DNA of 63,938 nucleotides, counting the filler, from Vezdaea acicularis (taxonomy: Eukaryota), in the NCBI GenBank assembly GCA_026025075.1. It is 3 parts of 3 records of this genome, joined end to end, with 100 filler letters (N's around TTAATTAATTAA, not from the genome) between each part and the next. Parts side by side here need not be neighbours in the genome. Positions count along the whole stretch, not along the records: positions 1 to 28,837 come from JAPEUI010000168.1; positions 28,938 to 57,767 come from JAPEUI010000169.1; 1 more part is not named here. One strand, given 5' to 3'. Each line of letters begins with the position of its first letter. Position 1 is the first letter of the stretch. Below are positions 24,306-36,276 of this stretch, one piece after another. A program made the position numbers and the translations under genes. The notes below the pieces were generated by a model that was not told the origin of the DNA, made no database searches, and saw only the letters and a list, made by a program, of their open reading frames with translations.

Positions 24306-25631
24306 TCAATCTAGATCGTCGAAACCCAAGACTTGCTTCACGTCCGGCTTTGCCTTGCCTTTCCGCCGTTTCTTTTTTTTCAGCCGCTGCTGCTTCTCCT
24401 CTCCGCTGGACGCTTCTCCATTCTCCTCTGACTTCTCCCCTTGGTCTGAGTCCGAATCGCTATCTATCCCTCTTTTTGTCCCGTTTGGCCTGCTCCTTTC
24501 TGCTATTATTGCCTCTGTCCAGATCTTCACGATTGATCCGCCTCCACTGATCAATCTCCCGTCCACATCCACGCCCAACCCCACCACACTATCCACATCC
24601 GCGTGTCGCAGCGTCACGAACAGCCCGTCGTATCCCCCTAACCCCACTATTTTCACGGCCCCATCCCCCATCCCCGCCGCTAAGAGTCTTCCGCTTCCCT
24701 TTATGCCTCCAATCCCATCAGGTAAGAGCGTCATGCAATCCAAGCTCTCTCCTCCTCCAATGCCGGTGTCCACAATTATCCGCCCCCCTTGATCATCCCA
24801 CTGTCCCCTCTCCCAAGTTGTAATTACGCCCCCGGCTCCCCCAACATACACTTTCTCCCTCCCATTCTCAGCCCTGCCTCTTTTCCTAGCCGGTAAGCCG
24901 GTAACAAGCACGGAGCTTAGCAGTTCCTCCTCCTGGTCCTCGCTCCTGCTCAGCACGCCCTTCCTCAGATCCGTGACCGCGAGTGTGCTGCCGCCGGTGG
25001 TCACCCACTGCTTGGGAAATCCGCTCGTGCTGCTCTCGCCAGGCGGGAGGGCGGTTAAGGAGGAGACGTAGTCTGTGTGTGGGTGGTATGTTTGTGATGG
25101 TTTGGAGGAGAGTGTGGAGTGCGTAGTACGCAGGTCGTAGATGTGTAAAGCAGAGGAGTCGGTTGCTAGGAGGAGGGCGGTGGGCGTCAGAGCATGGATG
25201 AGGGAGGGCGGGTCAGGTTGAGTATTAGGGCTGGGGATAAGTATTTTGGACGTTACACGTCCGGTCTCGGTGGAAGCTGCTTTTAGGATGGAGTCTGTGC
25301 CAGCAGAGAAGAGTGCTATAGTAGAGTAAGAAACGTTTGAAAGTCTTGGCAGCAGCATCTATAGAGGTTCGAAGCAGTACATACTCTCACCATCCGAGCT
25401 CCATGCTAGGCTCCGACAGCTCCCCTTGTGCCTTCGCGTCCTCCAGCACGTCTCTATCTCTCCGCAACCAGTATCGGCCTCACTTGAGTCTCCATTGTGC
25501 GTGACCGGAGGCAAGCGTAGGGTTTGAACATGTCCGCTTGTTAGCCCGACGGCTAGGAGGCGCTCTGTTGGGTGGATTGCCTGAGCGAAGAGGTCAGAGG
25601 TGAGGGGAAAGGCACAGATAGAATCGAACAT
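24306..25631 (-). CDS. JIP5: WD40-repeat protein JIP5/WDR55 (2 exons)
   Basis: [60 protein letters not shown], acidic/basic tail ending FDDLD; intron gtatgt..tag restores frame. Confidence 0.9.
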
Positions 25632-26730
25632 TTAAACGAGAGAATGTGGGTGAGTTGGTGAAACTCAATGGGCATAGCAGCAGGAATAAGCTTGAACTTT
25701 GAAGGTCAAAAATGAACGCGCTTGCGGAAGAGCTCCAAGCGGAAAATTCCGTTTGCTGGCCTTGGACGACAAGTCACATGAAATCAAGCTTAATTACACA
25801 GATTATCACCTTAACTTGTTTCTAAACTTACGAGTCTGACCTTCAATTGCTCTTATGATGTTAGTTTCACTTAGCTTGAAAGAGGAAAGACGCTGTTCTC
25901 GGGGGTTTCGCCGAAAGTCCGAAAGGCTGAACGAAAATCCGAAAGAGCCTAGAGGCGATCGGCAAAGCTGGCCTCCGCTGGTGGACCACCGTATATAGAC
26001 ATGCTAAACCCCCACGGCCTGGGGAGACACCTTGGCGAACTGAAATCCAGACCCATCCCTGCTATCTCCATTCCTCTCTGATTGGATTTATGGGACTCGC
26101 TGTGCTCTGGCGCATTAAGAGATTCTGGTCACAGACCGTTTGGCCGTCGAACACCTAAAATACGTCATCTAGCCTGGCGATTGGGTCTGATCGTTATTTA
26201 TCGCATCCCACTTCGTGGGGTTCGTTCCTGGAACGCATTCACTCTTCCACCTTCCGCAAGCCGCAGTCTGACTACTACATACGGACCGACCGCGCTTACT
26301 TGATAGGTCTAATAGACTTTGTATCAGTGTCTATTGTGCGTAGGCTTTGACGCTGGCCCCATCAAGCGCTGACTACCTGCTTCACTCGCCTTCCCTCAAC
26401 GACTCTGACCAGTCGGAATATACCCCTCATCAAAATATTCCACGCCCTTCTTTGGAGACGACGACTTTGCGATCCTTCGTCGAGGCCCGTTTCCTTTGTT
26501 TCCTTTCGACGCTCTTTGAACCGCCCTAAGGACGACGACTATCACTGACGTACTCATTTTCAAGAACCTCTTGCTTCGTTTGACTGACTCTGTCTAACGT
26601 ATCTGAGTAGAAAGGCGCTGAATAAGATTCCCTTCAACGCTCTTCTTATCCTCAGCGACAGAAAGGGTCAGGCGCGACTCTCAAAGCTGCAAGACGCAGC
26701 ACGTTCAAGCTGAAGCGGTTCTTTGGGAGG

Positions 26731-28455
26731 ATGGGAAATACCCCATCCAAAAAGAGCGGAGGTGATGCGCCACGAGATGGCTCCGTAACACCCTCAGAAC
26801 GCCGCTCTGCGGAAGATCTGGAATCGTATCCGTCCTTCAGCAAGTCAGATACGAAGGAGTCAGCCCGCTCTTTCCGTGGTGCAATTCGATCTAAGATACC
26901 AAATTCCATAAAAACGGATAGTCCTAGGAATAGCATGCAGGGGCTGGTCAATCCAAGCCCTGGCAATGGAGGTGTAGATAAGTCTGATGCGGCTTCAGTG
27001 AAGTCTGCTGCAAGCGGTAAATCTGGGACGTCAAGAAATAGCAGAGCGCTATCCACCGCCTCGGAGACAGCAATGGCCAACTCCCTAACGGATCCACAAC
27101 CACCACCCTCTCCAACACAATCGGCCTCGCTCGGACGAGGCCATCAATCCGTTAGTTCGGCCCAACGGAGTGGAGAAGTTGATCACGTCTCTGATATGCC
27201 GCCAGCGGCTGGAGTTGCGCATCGCGAGCATATCTTACCAGCGGGAGAGTCTATTTTGGTCAAAACCGCCGATAATATGAACGTCATGTCCAAAGATTTG
27301 CCCAACGTGCTCGCTGATGATGCCACTGCCGCAAGCTCTCCGTCGATGGGCATGGGGACTCCAACTTCACTTGACCTTGACGACATGATTAGCCGCCTCC
27401 TTGACGCTGGATATGCTGGAAAGGTTACGAAGGCCGTATGTCTGAAGAACGCAGAGATTACCGCAATATGTACAGCTGCCCGTGAAGTTTTCCTTTCGCA
27501 ACCTGCTCTCCTCGAACTGTCTCCACCTGTCAAGATAGTGGGGGACGTCCATGGCCAATACACCGATCTCATTCGAATGTTTGAGATGTGTGGCTTCCCT
27601 CCTACTTCAAATTATCTTTTCCTTGGTGATTATGTTGATCGTGGAAAGCAGAGCCTAGAAACCATTCTCCTACTAATGTGTTACAAGTTGAAGTTTCCCG
27701 AGAACTTCTTCCTGCTTCGGGGCAATCACGAATGCGCCAACGTCACAAGAGTATATGGTTTCTATGACGAGTGTAAAAGGAGATGCAACATCAAGGTCTG
27801 GAAGAATTTTGTCGATACCTTCAACTGTCTTCCCATTGCCGCTATTGTTGCTGGAAAGATCTTCTGCGTTCATGGAGGCCTCAGCCCATCACTGCAACAC
27901 ATGGATGATATCCGGCAGATTGCACGTCCGACGGATGTCCCGGACTATGGCCTCCTCAATGACCTTCTATGGAGCGATCCCGCAGATATGGATTCTGACT
28001 GGGAAGCCAATGAGCGGGGGGTCAGTTACTGCTTCGGAAAGAAGGTGATAATGCAATTTCTGCAACGGCATGACTTTGATCTTGTCTGTAGGGCTCATAT
28101 GGTCGTCGAAGATGGTTACGAGTTCTTCAATGATCGAATACTAGTGACTGTGTTCTCTGCCCCTAATGTAAGGCCTCTCTCTTTGTACCAGCGACAGCTG
28201 CTGACCCAACTGATAGTATTGTGGCGAGTTTGATAACTGGGGTGCTGTCATGTCCGTTTCAGGGGAGTTATTGTGTAGCTTTGAACTACTGAAACCTCTT
28301 GACTCTAGCGCTCTCAAGAGCCACATCAAGAAAGGTCGTAACAAGAGGAACAGCATGTTGAATAGCCCTGTAAGTTACACACCCTCGAGGTGCTTTTACC
28401 GACACTAATTTTTCGCCCCCAATAGCCTGCAAGCCACCCTGCGCAAAGCTACTAG
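26731..28455 (+). CDS. PPZ1: PPZ-type Ser/Thr protein phosphatase (3 exons)
   Basis: MGNTPSK myristoylation-type start, long Ser-rich N-terminus, PPP motifs GDVHGQ, GDYVDRG, RGNHE, SAPN|YCGEFDN; last exon PASHPAQSY*. Confidence 0.9.
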
Positions 28456-28837
28456 CCCTGCACGTAGCATCGATGATTGATGAGCAGTCGAGCAGGGGAT
28501 TAGGCAGAAGCCTCCCAGATGCTGGCGGATATCTTTGTCAATTACAGCTTGAAGCTGGGATTGAGGGGTCAGCTGTATGCACGCTTCCAGCATTGCAGTA
28601 GTACTGACACCAGGCCAGTAAAGTTCTGTCTCAAGCAGAGTAGCGGGGTGCGAATCAATAAATCCCGCTACGATGCAATGTCTTGAGAGAAGAAGTATGT
28701 CTTGTGACGCCGTTAGTAATTGACATATCGATCCCTGGCAGCTAGGACGAGATGGTGGAAGTATTTCTATTCGGGGGGGGGGGGGGCAAGCTTTTTACTG
28801 TTGTCAAGATTTTACTGCTGTGCAGTCAAGTGGGCTG

Positions 28838-28937
28838 NNNNNNNNNNNNNNNNNNNNNNNNNNNNNNNNNNNNNNNNNNNNTTAATTAATTAANNNNNNN
28901 NNNNNNNNNNNNNNNNNNNNNNNNNNNNNNNNNNNNN
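28838..28937. other. Assembly gap with artificial linker
   Basis: 44 N + TTAATTAATTAA + 44 N, exactly 100 bp; identical to the second gap. Confidence 0.97.
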
Positions 28938-29138
28938 GGTGGCTGATCTCAGCTTACTGGACTTGGTTCGATATGGGAGTAGGGTTGGTATTGTATATCT
29001 CTTGAGGCTTTCTTCCGTTGTCTGGCTGATATTCAAAACGCTTTGCAAAGTGGAGTATTTTTTTTAAAATACTCTCTCACCTGGCTCTCTGCGGAAAGCT
29101 CAATAGCCCTTTACTCTTCTCCTTTTCATTCGGCCATC

Positions 29139-30905
29139 ATGAAGCTCCCTGTGGCGTTCTCCTTCTTTGCTATTGCCCAATGGATAGCTTCCGTACAGGC
29201 CGTGCCCGCAACTCCTGAAGGCAGCTTCAGCGCCCTGTACGGCCGAGGTAACAACCTCGTGAACTGCCTAAACCACAAAAACGTCCCCATCCAACTCCTC
29301 TCCGACCCCGAATTCGCCGATCTCGCAAGACCCTACAACCTACGCCTAGCATACACGCCCGCCGCCATCGCCGTACCGACCACAAACCAACACGTCCAGG
29401 ACGCCGTCCGCTGCGCCAACGAACACAGCTACAAAGTCCAAGCGAAGAGCGGTGGCCATTCTTACGCGTCGTATAGCTCTGGAGGCCAGAATGGTAGTTT
29501 GATAGTCGATTTGCAGAGTTATCAGAATATCTCGGTGGATGCGACGACGTTTGTAGCTACGGTTGGCGGGGGAGTACGGTTGGGGAATCTGGCGTTGGCG
29601 ATCTATAATCAGAGTCAACGCGCTTTGCCTCATGGTACCTGTCCAGGGTATGTGTGCGAGTTGAACGTCCCGTCTTTGTTGAGCGAGCTGACGGTTCTGG
29701 CTGTAGCGTAGGTATAGGTGGACATGCCTCGCATGGAGGCTACGGATTTGATTCTCGTCTCTGGGGCTTGACGCTCGACACGGTAGTTGGCCTGGATGTC
29801 GTGCTGGCCAATGGCAGTTTCGTCCATGCCTCTGCGGAGGAGAACACAGATCTGTACTTTGTATGTCCTACCTGCCCTCTATTCAGAGCCACGAAAGTCA
29901 TGCGTTAACAAGCTCGTAGGCTCTGCGAGGGGCGGCGGACAGCTTCGGTATCATCACGACCTTTTACTTTCAGACGCTGCCAGCCCCGGACTCGGTCATT
30001 AACTTTGCTTTCGCGATTCCCGACTTTCTGCAGACAAAGGAACTCGCTGCGCAGTACTTCCTCCATTTGCAAGCTTTTGCGTTGAATGCGTCGGTGGTAG
30101 ACCGGAAGTTGACGTTTGGCATGTATATGGATGCGAGCTCGTATTCAATCGCTGGTAATTATTTCGGTTCGTTGGATGATTTCAATAATAAGGTAGGTCT
30201 TTGTCCTCGACGGCCTGTTAAGGGGTAATGTTGACATGGAGTGTTGTTAGATCAAACCGGAACTGCTGCGCACTCTACCAACACCAAAGACCGAGAGCGT
30301 GCAGTCTCTAGGCTGGATCCCGAACTTGGTAGTCTTCTCGAACCAAGCAAGCTTATCAGAGCCGCTGACGGGGTACAATGCCCACGACACCTTCGTGAGC
30401 CCACCACCCTGCCACCATTGGTTTGACCCTACTGACAGCCTTCCAGTACGCCAAGAGCATCGAGACGCAAGAGAGCGCTCCATTGACGCAAGCGGCCATG
30501 GAAGCCTTCTTCGGCTACCTTCTCACCACAGGGAAGAGCGCTCCCTTCGGATGGTTCTCCATCATCAACCTCTACGGCGGCCCCGACTCCCAGATAAATG
30601 CGAAACCAGAGTCGTTTGCCGCATACTCGCATCGGTCGGGTCTGTGGGTATTCCAAAATTATGGTTTCGATACCGCGTATACACCTGATATCACGACGTT
30701 TGTGGATAATATGAACTCTATCCTAGAGTCCGCACAGCCCAATGGCGATTTTGTGGGCTACCTCAATTATGTAGATCCGGAGTTGACGGCAGCGGAGGCC
30801 CATGCGGAGTATTATGGCGCTGATCTCTATGCGAGGTTGTTGGCTATCAAGAACGTTGTGGACCCCCTGCACACGTTCTGGAATCCCCAGTCTGTCGGCA
30901 ATTGA
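29139..30905 (+). CDS. Secreted FAD-linked BBE-like oxidase, glucooligosaccharide oxidase-like (CAZy AA7), 5 exons
   Basis: Signal peptide; PYNLRL, KSGGHSY and HGTCPG (His and Cys that bind FAD covalently in GOOX), VGIGGHASHGGYG, ALRGAADSFGI, YLNYVDP...RLLAIKNVVDP. Confidence 0.92.
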
Positions 30906-31004
30906 TCAGATATAGTGCTCTGCCGATATGAGAAAGCATAACTAGAAGAGAGCTCTGAGATTCTGCTTCTGAATTGATGTTTTTGTGACGTTGAACCTTG
31001 GGAT

Positions 31005-31910
31005 TCATAAGCTTTCCACTCCCTTTTGCAGAAGAAGTTGGCGATTCTTCTCCCATTCTAGCCAAGCGATCCCCTGCAGCATACAGTCCGCCAGATCGTC
31101 CAGTTTCGTAGTATCTCCTGGCTCCTCTCCTTTCTTCCTCCTACCCTTCCCCTGCCACTTCCTCAAGAAAGCATCGCCCATCTCCTTAGCCTCCACCGTC
31201 TGCAAATTCACCACATCCCCGCTCTCCATCCACCTCCCGACAACATCAACCTTCAACTTCTTGTTCTTGGCCTTCGCCCCTTTTCCCCTCGCGCGCTCCT
31301 GGTCTTCTATCCAGAAAGACGAGACCTTGGCCGGAAGGACGCTCTGTACCGTGCCACTCCACCGCTGCTCCGCTTTGAGCGTATGCAACACAGCGTATAG
31401 CATTCCTTCAAACATGTTGACTCGTACCGTCCACTCCTGAATCGCCGATGACGACGATGAACGATAGCGTTGCCGTTCAATCAGCACGTGCGTGGGACTC
31501 CGCCGCAGGACGTCTTGCACGAGGAACTCGTATGCGAGCTTCGAGTACTGAGAGGGCTCGAAACTCTCTTTGGCTGGGGCGCCGGTGGCGGATACTATGG
31601 GTTTAGGCGCCACGGATACGCGCTGCCAGGCTGATATGGCGGTCTTGGAGGGTCGCTTGGGTGTCGGCGAGGGTATCTCAAGCATGCAGTAGGCTAGGTT
31701 ACGGATGCCCATGTCAATGCTCAGGATGCGGGAGGGGCCGTTCTTAACGGTGCTGTTAGCAGCAACATTGGGCACGATTGGGCTGACCTCGTCGATGAGT
31801 CTTGCGGCGAGGGCACTCTTGGTTCCGCTTGAGTTGACGCCGCATTTGATGGCGATGTGCTTGAGTTGTGCAAGTTTTAGTGTTTGCAGGGAGCGGAGAG
31901 TAGAGGCCAT
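31005..31910 (-). CDS. CCE1: Mitochondrial Holliday-junction resolvase Ydc2/Cce1
   Basis: N-terminal SAP-like motif LKLAQLKHIAIKCGVNSSGTKSAL; RuvC-like ILSIDMGIRNLAYC, VLIERQRYR, KLDDLADC. Confidence 0.9.
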   Translation of the reverse strand: MASTLRSLQTLKLAQLKHIAIKCGVNSSGTKSALAARLIDEVSPIVPNVAANSTVKNGPSRILSIDMGIRNLAYCMLEIPSPTPKRPSKTAISAWQRVSVAPKPIVSATGAPAKESFEPSQYSKLAYEFLVQDVLRRSPTHVLIERQRYRSSSSSAIQEWTVRVNMFEGMLYAVLHTLKAEQRWSGTVQSVLPAKVSSFWIEDQERARGKGAKAKNKKLKVDVVGRWMESGDVVNLQTVEAKEMGDAFLRKWQGKGRRKKGEEPGDTTKLDDLADCMLQGIAWLEWEKNRQLLLQKGVESL

Positions 31911-32283
31911 TCGGGGACCTCCGAGCAATTGGGGAGGCGCTTAGGTGCTCTCCGGGTGCTCATCGTGCTGTCACGCACGTTGGCGGACTTGGGGTTTGGT
32001 TTTCGGGTTCATGGTTGCGTGATGTCAAGGGAGACGCGACGGTTCTCGCGTCGTGTGAAAAGTCCTCACCCAAATGCCGCGGTCTGATCTACGGTAGCGA
32101 GATGGATAGATGGAAGATGCCGTCACGACATGCTTTAATTGTGTCATTACAGAACCCTGATGGAATGGTGCACGGGATTCTAAGGGCACTACACAGATCC
32201 AAGTTCCTATCACGGTACAGGGCTACGAACTCTGAAGGATAGCTCATTCCAAATCCGTAAGTTGCTTAGCAATGCGTAGTTAA

Positions 32284-33985
<1,702 letters not shown>

Positions 33986-34484
33986 AGGGGGAAAGGGGGG
34001 GCCGTGGATTGAGGGGGTGGGGGGGAAGGCAGGCCTGGGGGGTCGTGCTTGTGCGTAGACGGAATTACTCAGATAGGGGCCCGGAGTGGGGGGATTGGGG
34101 TCTTTCTATCACAAGTCCCATCCATTGTGATATCTGCATTACTCTACGCTGTGCTATAGTAGTATTACAATGGTCTACTGTGACTTGATAGAGCTTGGCC
34201 AGGAAATTTCACGCATAAAGTCCACATAGACACACTTGCCAAACACATGTTCGACGGATCATCGAAATGTTACGACACCATGTCCACTTGCAAGAAGGAT
34301 AGTAGGATATAGGAGGCCGAAAATTATTATCGACTAGTATACACCCTCCCCTTCGTCCACCAACGTAGCCCCTCAAGCCAAGCCGGCCCTTCCGTCCACG
34401 TGCCGCACGAAAGGTGCCAAAGCTCGAGCGCGAAGTTGCTGAGTCAACGAGGTCATGCAAAGGAAAACACCAGTCTCAGCTCCT

Positions 34485-34836
34485 CTACGCAGTGGGGTTC
34501 GGGTTCATCTGTAACGTGCGTCAGACCATGGCTCCATCAAAAACCTGGGCGCCGCGAGAGAAAGAGGAAAGAATGTTCTTACCTTCCGCTTGCCACCAGT
34601 CATAGTCACATTCACGAAGCGGCGCGTATATGTGATACGTTTCTTCGCGCGGCCCTTGGGAGTTTTCTTCTTTTCTTGCGGTTCGACCTGTTTTGTTCAC
34701 ATCAATATCTCAGTCAGGCGTCGACGGCGGCGAGCGGGAAAGCACGGGGTTTTCTGCTTGGTGAGTTCATCCATACCTTTGGTGTCTGTGACTTTACTTT
34801 GCCCGCGCGGGCGAGCGAGCCGTGGACTTTACCCAT
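34485..34836 (-). CDS. RPS30: 40S ribosomal protein S30 (eS30), 3 exons; absent from the ORF track
   Basis: Exons 34836-34777, 34687-34583 and 34508-34485 give [62 protein letters not shown]. Confidence 0.97.
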
Positions 34837-35441
34837 TTGGGGTGAGTTGGTGAGGTGGGTTGATGAGCTTTGCTTTGCTCTGTGAGGGGTCGAGAGTCAG
34901 TTTGGAAGTGCAGTGGAGCGTAGTCGTTTGGATTCGTTTGGAGTTATGGGGATGTGGCGGGATCGAAGGGAGATGGATGAAGGCACTTACGGGTCTGGTG
35001 GGTAGAGTCGAGATAGGTAGGTTGATGTCGCTTGTGGTCGTTGCTGATGATGAGTCTACAAGAAAGGAAAGATTTGAGTGGCGAGGTTAGCGAGGAAGGG
35101 CTGCTACCCTGCGCCCGCGTGCGCCGAGCAGTGGCTCCAGTTTGGTATGAAGTAAAGCTTGCTAATCTCTTTTACAGTCACTCATGATAATATCAGGAGT
35201 TTAACATGTTGGCTGTATCAAGTTTGTAGTTATGACGGTGTAGTAAATTCAGTTGCAAAATCACGTGGAGATAAGATGTCCACTATCTAGATCCTCGGCG
35301 GGTGGGAAGTCGATGATGCGGGCTACTGCCAACCTCAACTACTCCACGGTCTACCTGCCACGAGCCCATACTTACTCTTCCCAACCCTAAATAACTCTCT
35401 TCAGCTCACTCACTCACCCCAACCACCAACCTCAAATCAAC

Positions 35442-36170
35442 ATGCTCCTCGCACTCCTCCCTCTCCTTTCCCTCCTCCACCCCGCCCTCACCTCACCCCT
35501 CCCCCTTCCCAATGACCTCAGCAACACCAACATCCCCAGCATCCACGACTCCGCCATCCTCGCCCGACGCATCATGAACCTCACCCCCCTCGGCACCCTC
35601 TCTAGCATCTTCCCCCCCTCCTCCTCTCCCCGGGGCACCCTCCTCTCCACGCCGCCCTCCAGCGTCTCCGGCGCCCCGATCGGCCTCCCCGAATACCTAG
35701 CCGACTGCGAACCCCACACCAACAACCCAACCCTGCTCGCCATGCCCATAGCAACCTACTACAAAAACGCCGTCGCGGGCTCCAACCTCTCTCTCAGTCT
35801 ACGCTGGCACCCGCCCCATCCCCCCTCCAACGATCCCTTCCTGGCTGGACCGGCGGCAATGCCGCGGTTTGCGCTGATAGGCTATTTAGAGCGCTTGTCG
35901 GAGGATGAAACAAGGAGGGGGGGCGTAAGGGAGTGTTTCACGGCAAGCCATCCGGATGCTAAGGCGTGGGTCCCCGGGAACGATATTCATGTTAGTGAGT
36001 GGGCGCGTTTTGTCGTAAGGGAGGTTTACTGGTTCGGGGGGTATGGCGATCGGGCGTATATCGGGTGGATCTCGGGGGAGGAGTGGAATGGGGTGACGAG
36101 GGAGGAATGGGAGGCGGCGAGACTGCCGGGAGAAGTTCCAGCAGTGGGGATGGGAGAGGAAGAATTGTAG
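35442..36170 (+). CDS. CREG-like / pyridoxamine-oxidase-like split-barrel protein with signal peptide
   Basis: Hydrophobic leader; SAILARRI..GTLSSIFP, PIGLPEYLADCE, PRFALIGYLE, CF..HPDAKAWVPGN.IH, VYWFGGYGDRAYIGWI. Confidence 0.85.
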   Translation: MLLALLPLLSLLHPALTSPLPLPNDLSNTNIPSIHDSAILARRIMNLTPLGTLSSIFPPSSSPRGTLLSTPPSSVSGAPIGLPEYLADCEPHTNNPTLLAMPIATYYKNAVAGSNLSLSLRWHPPHPPSNDPFLAGPAAMPRFALIGYLERLSEDETRRGGVRECFTASHPDAKAWVPGNDIHVSEWARFVVREVYWFGGYGDRAYIGWISGEEWNGVTREEWEAARLPGEVPAVGMGEEEL

Positions 36171-36276
36171 ATAAAGGATAGTTAATGTATATGGAAAATG
36201 AAACGCCGGAAGGACTTTTGAAATACGCCAAGAGTCCGGGTTAGAGAAAGCTAAATGACCGCTACGCCAATATATG

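Noticed and set aside
25905..25950. Four CGAAA repeats resembling GNRA-loop RNA or a ribozyme
   Set aside because: No consistent flanking helices or hammerhead CTGANGA core; probably promoter sequence.
28838..28937. TTAATTAATTAA palindrome, repeated at 57812-57823
   Set aside because: Centred in identical 100-bp N blocks; an artificial all-frame-stop contig linker, not biology.
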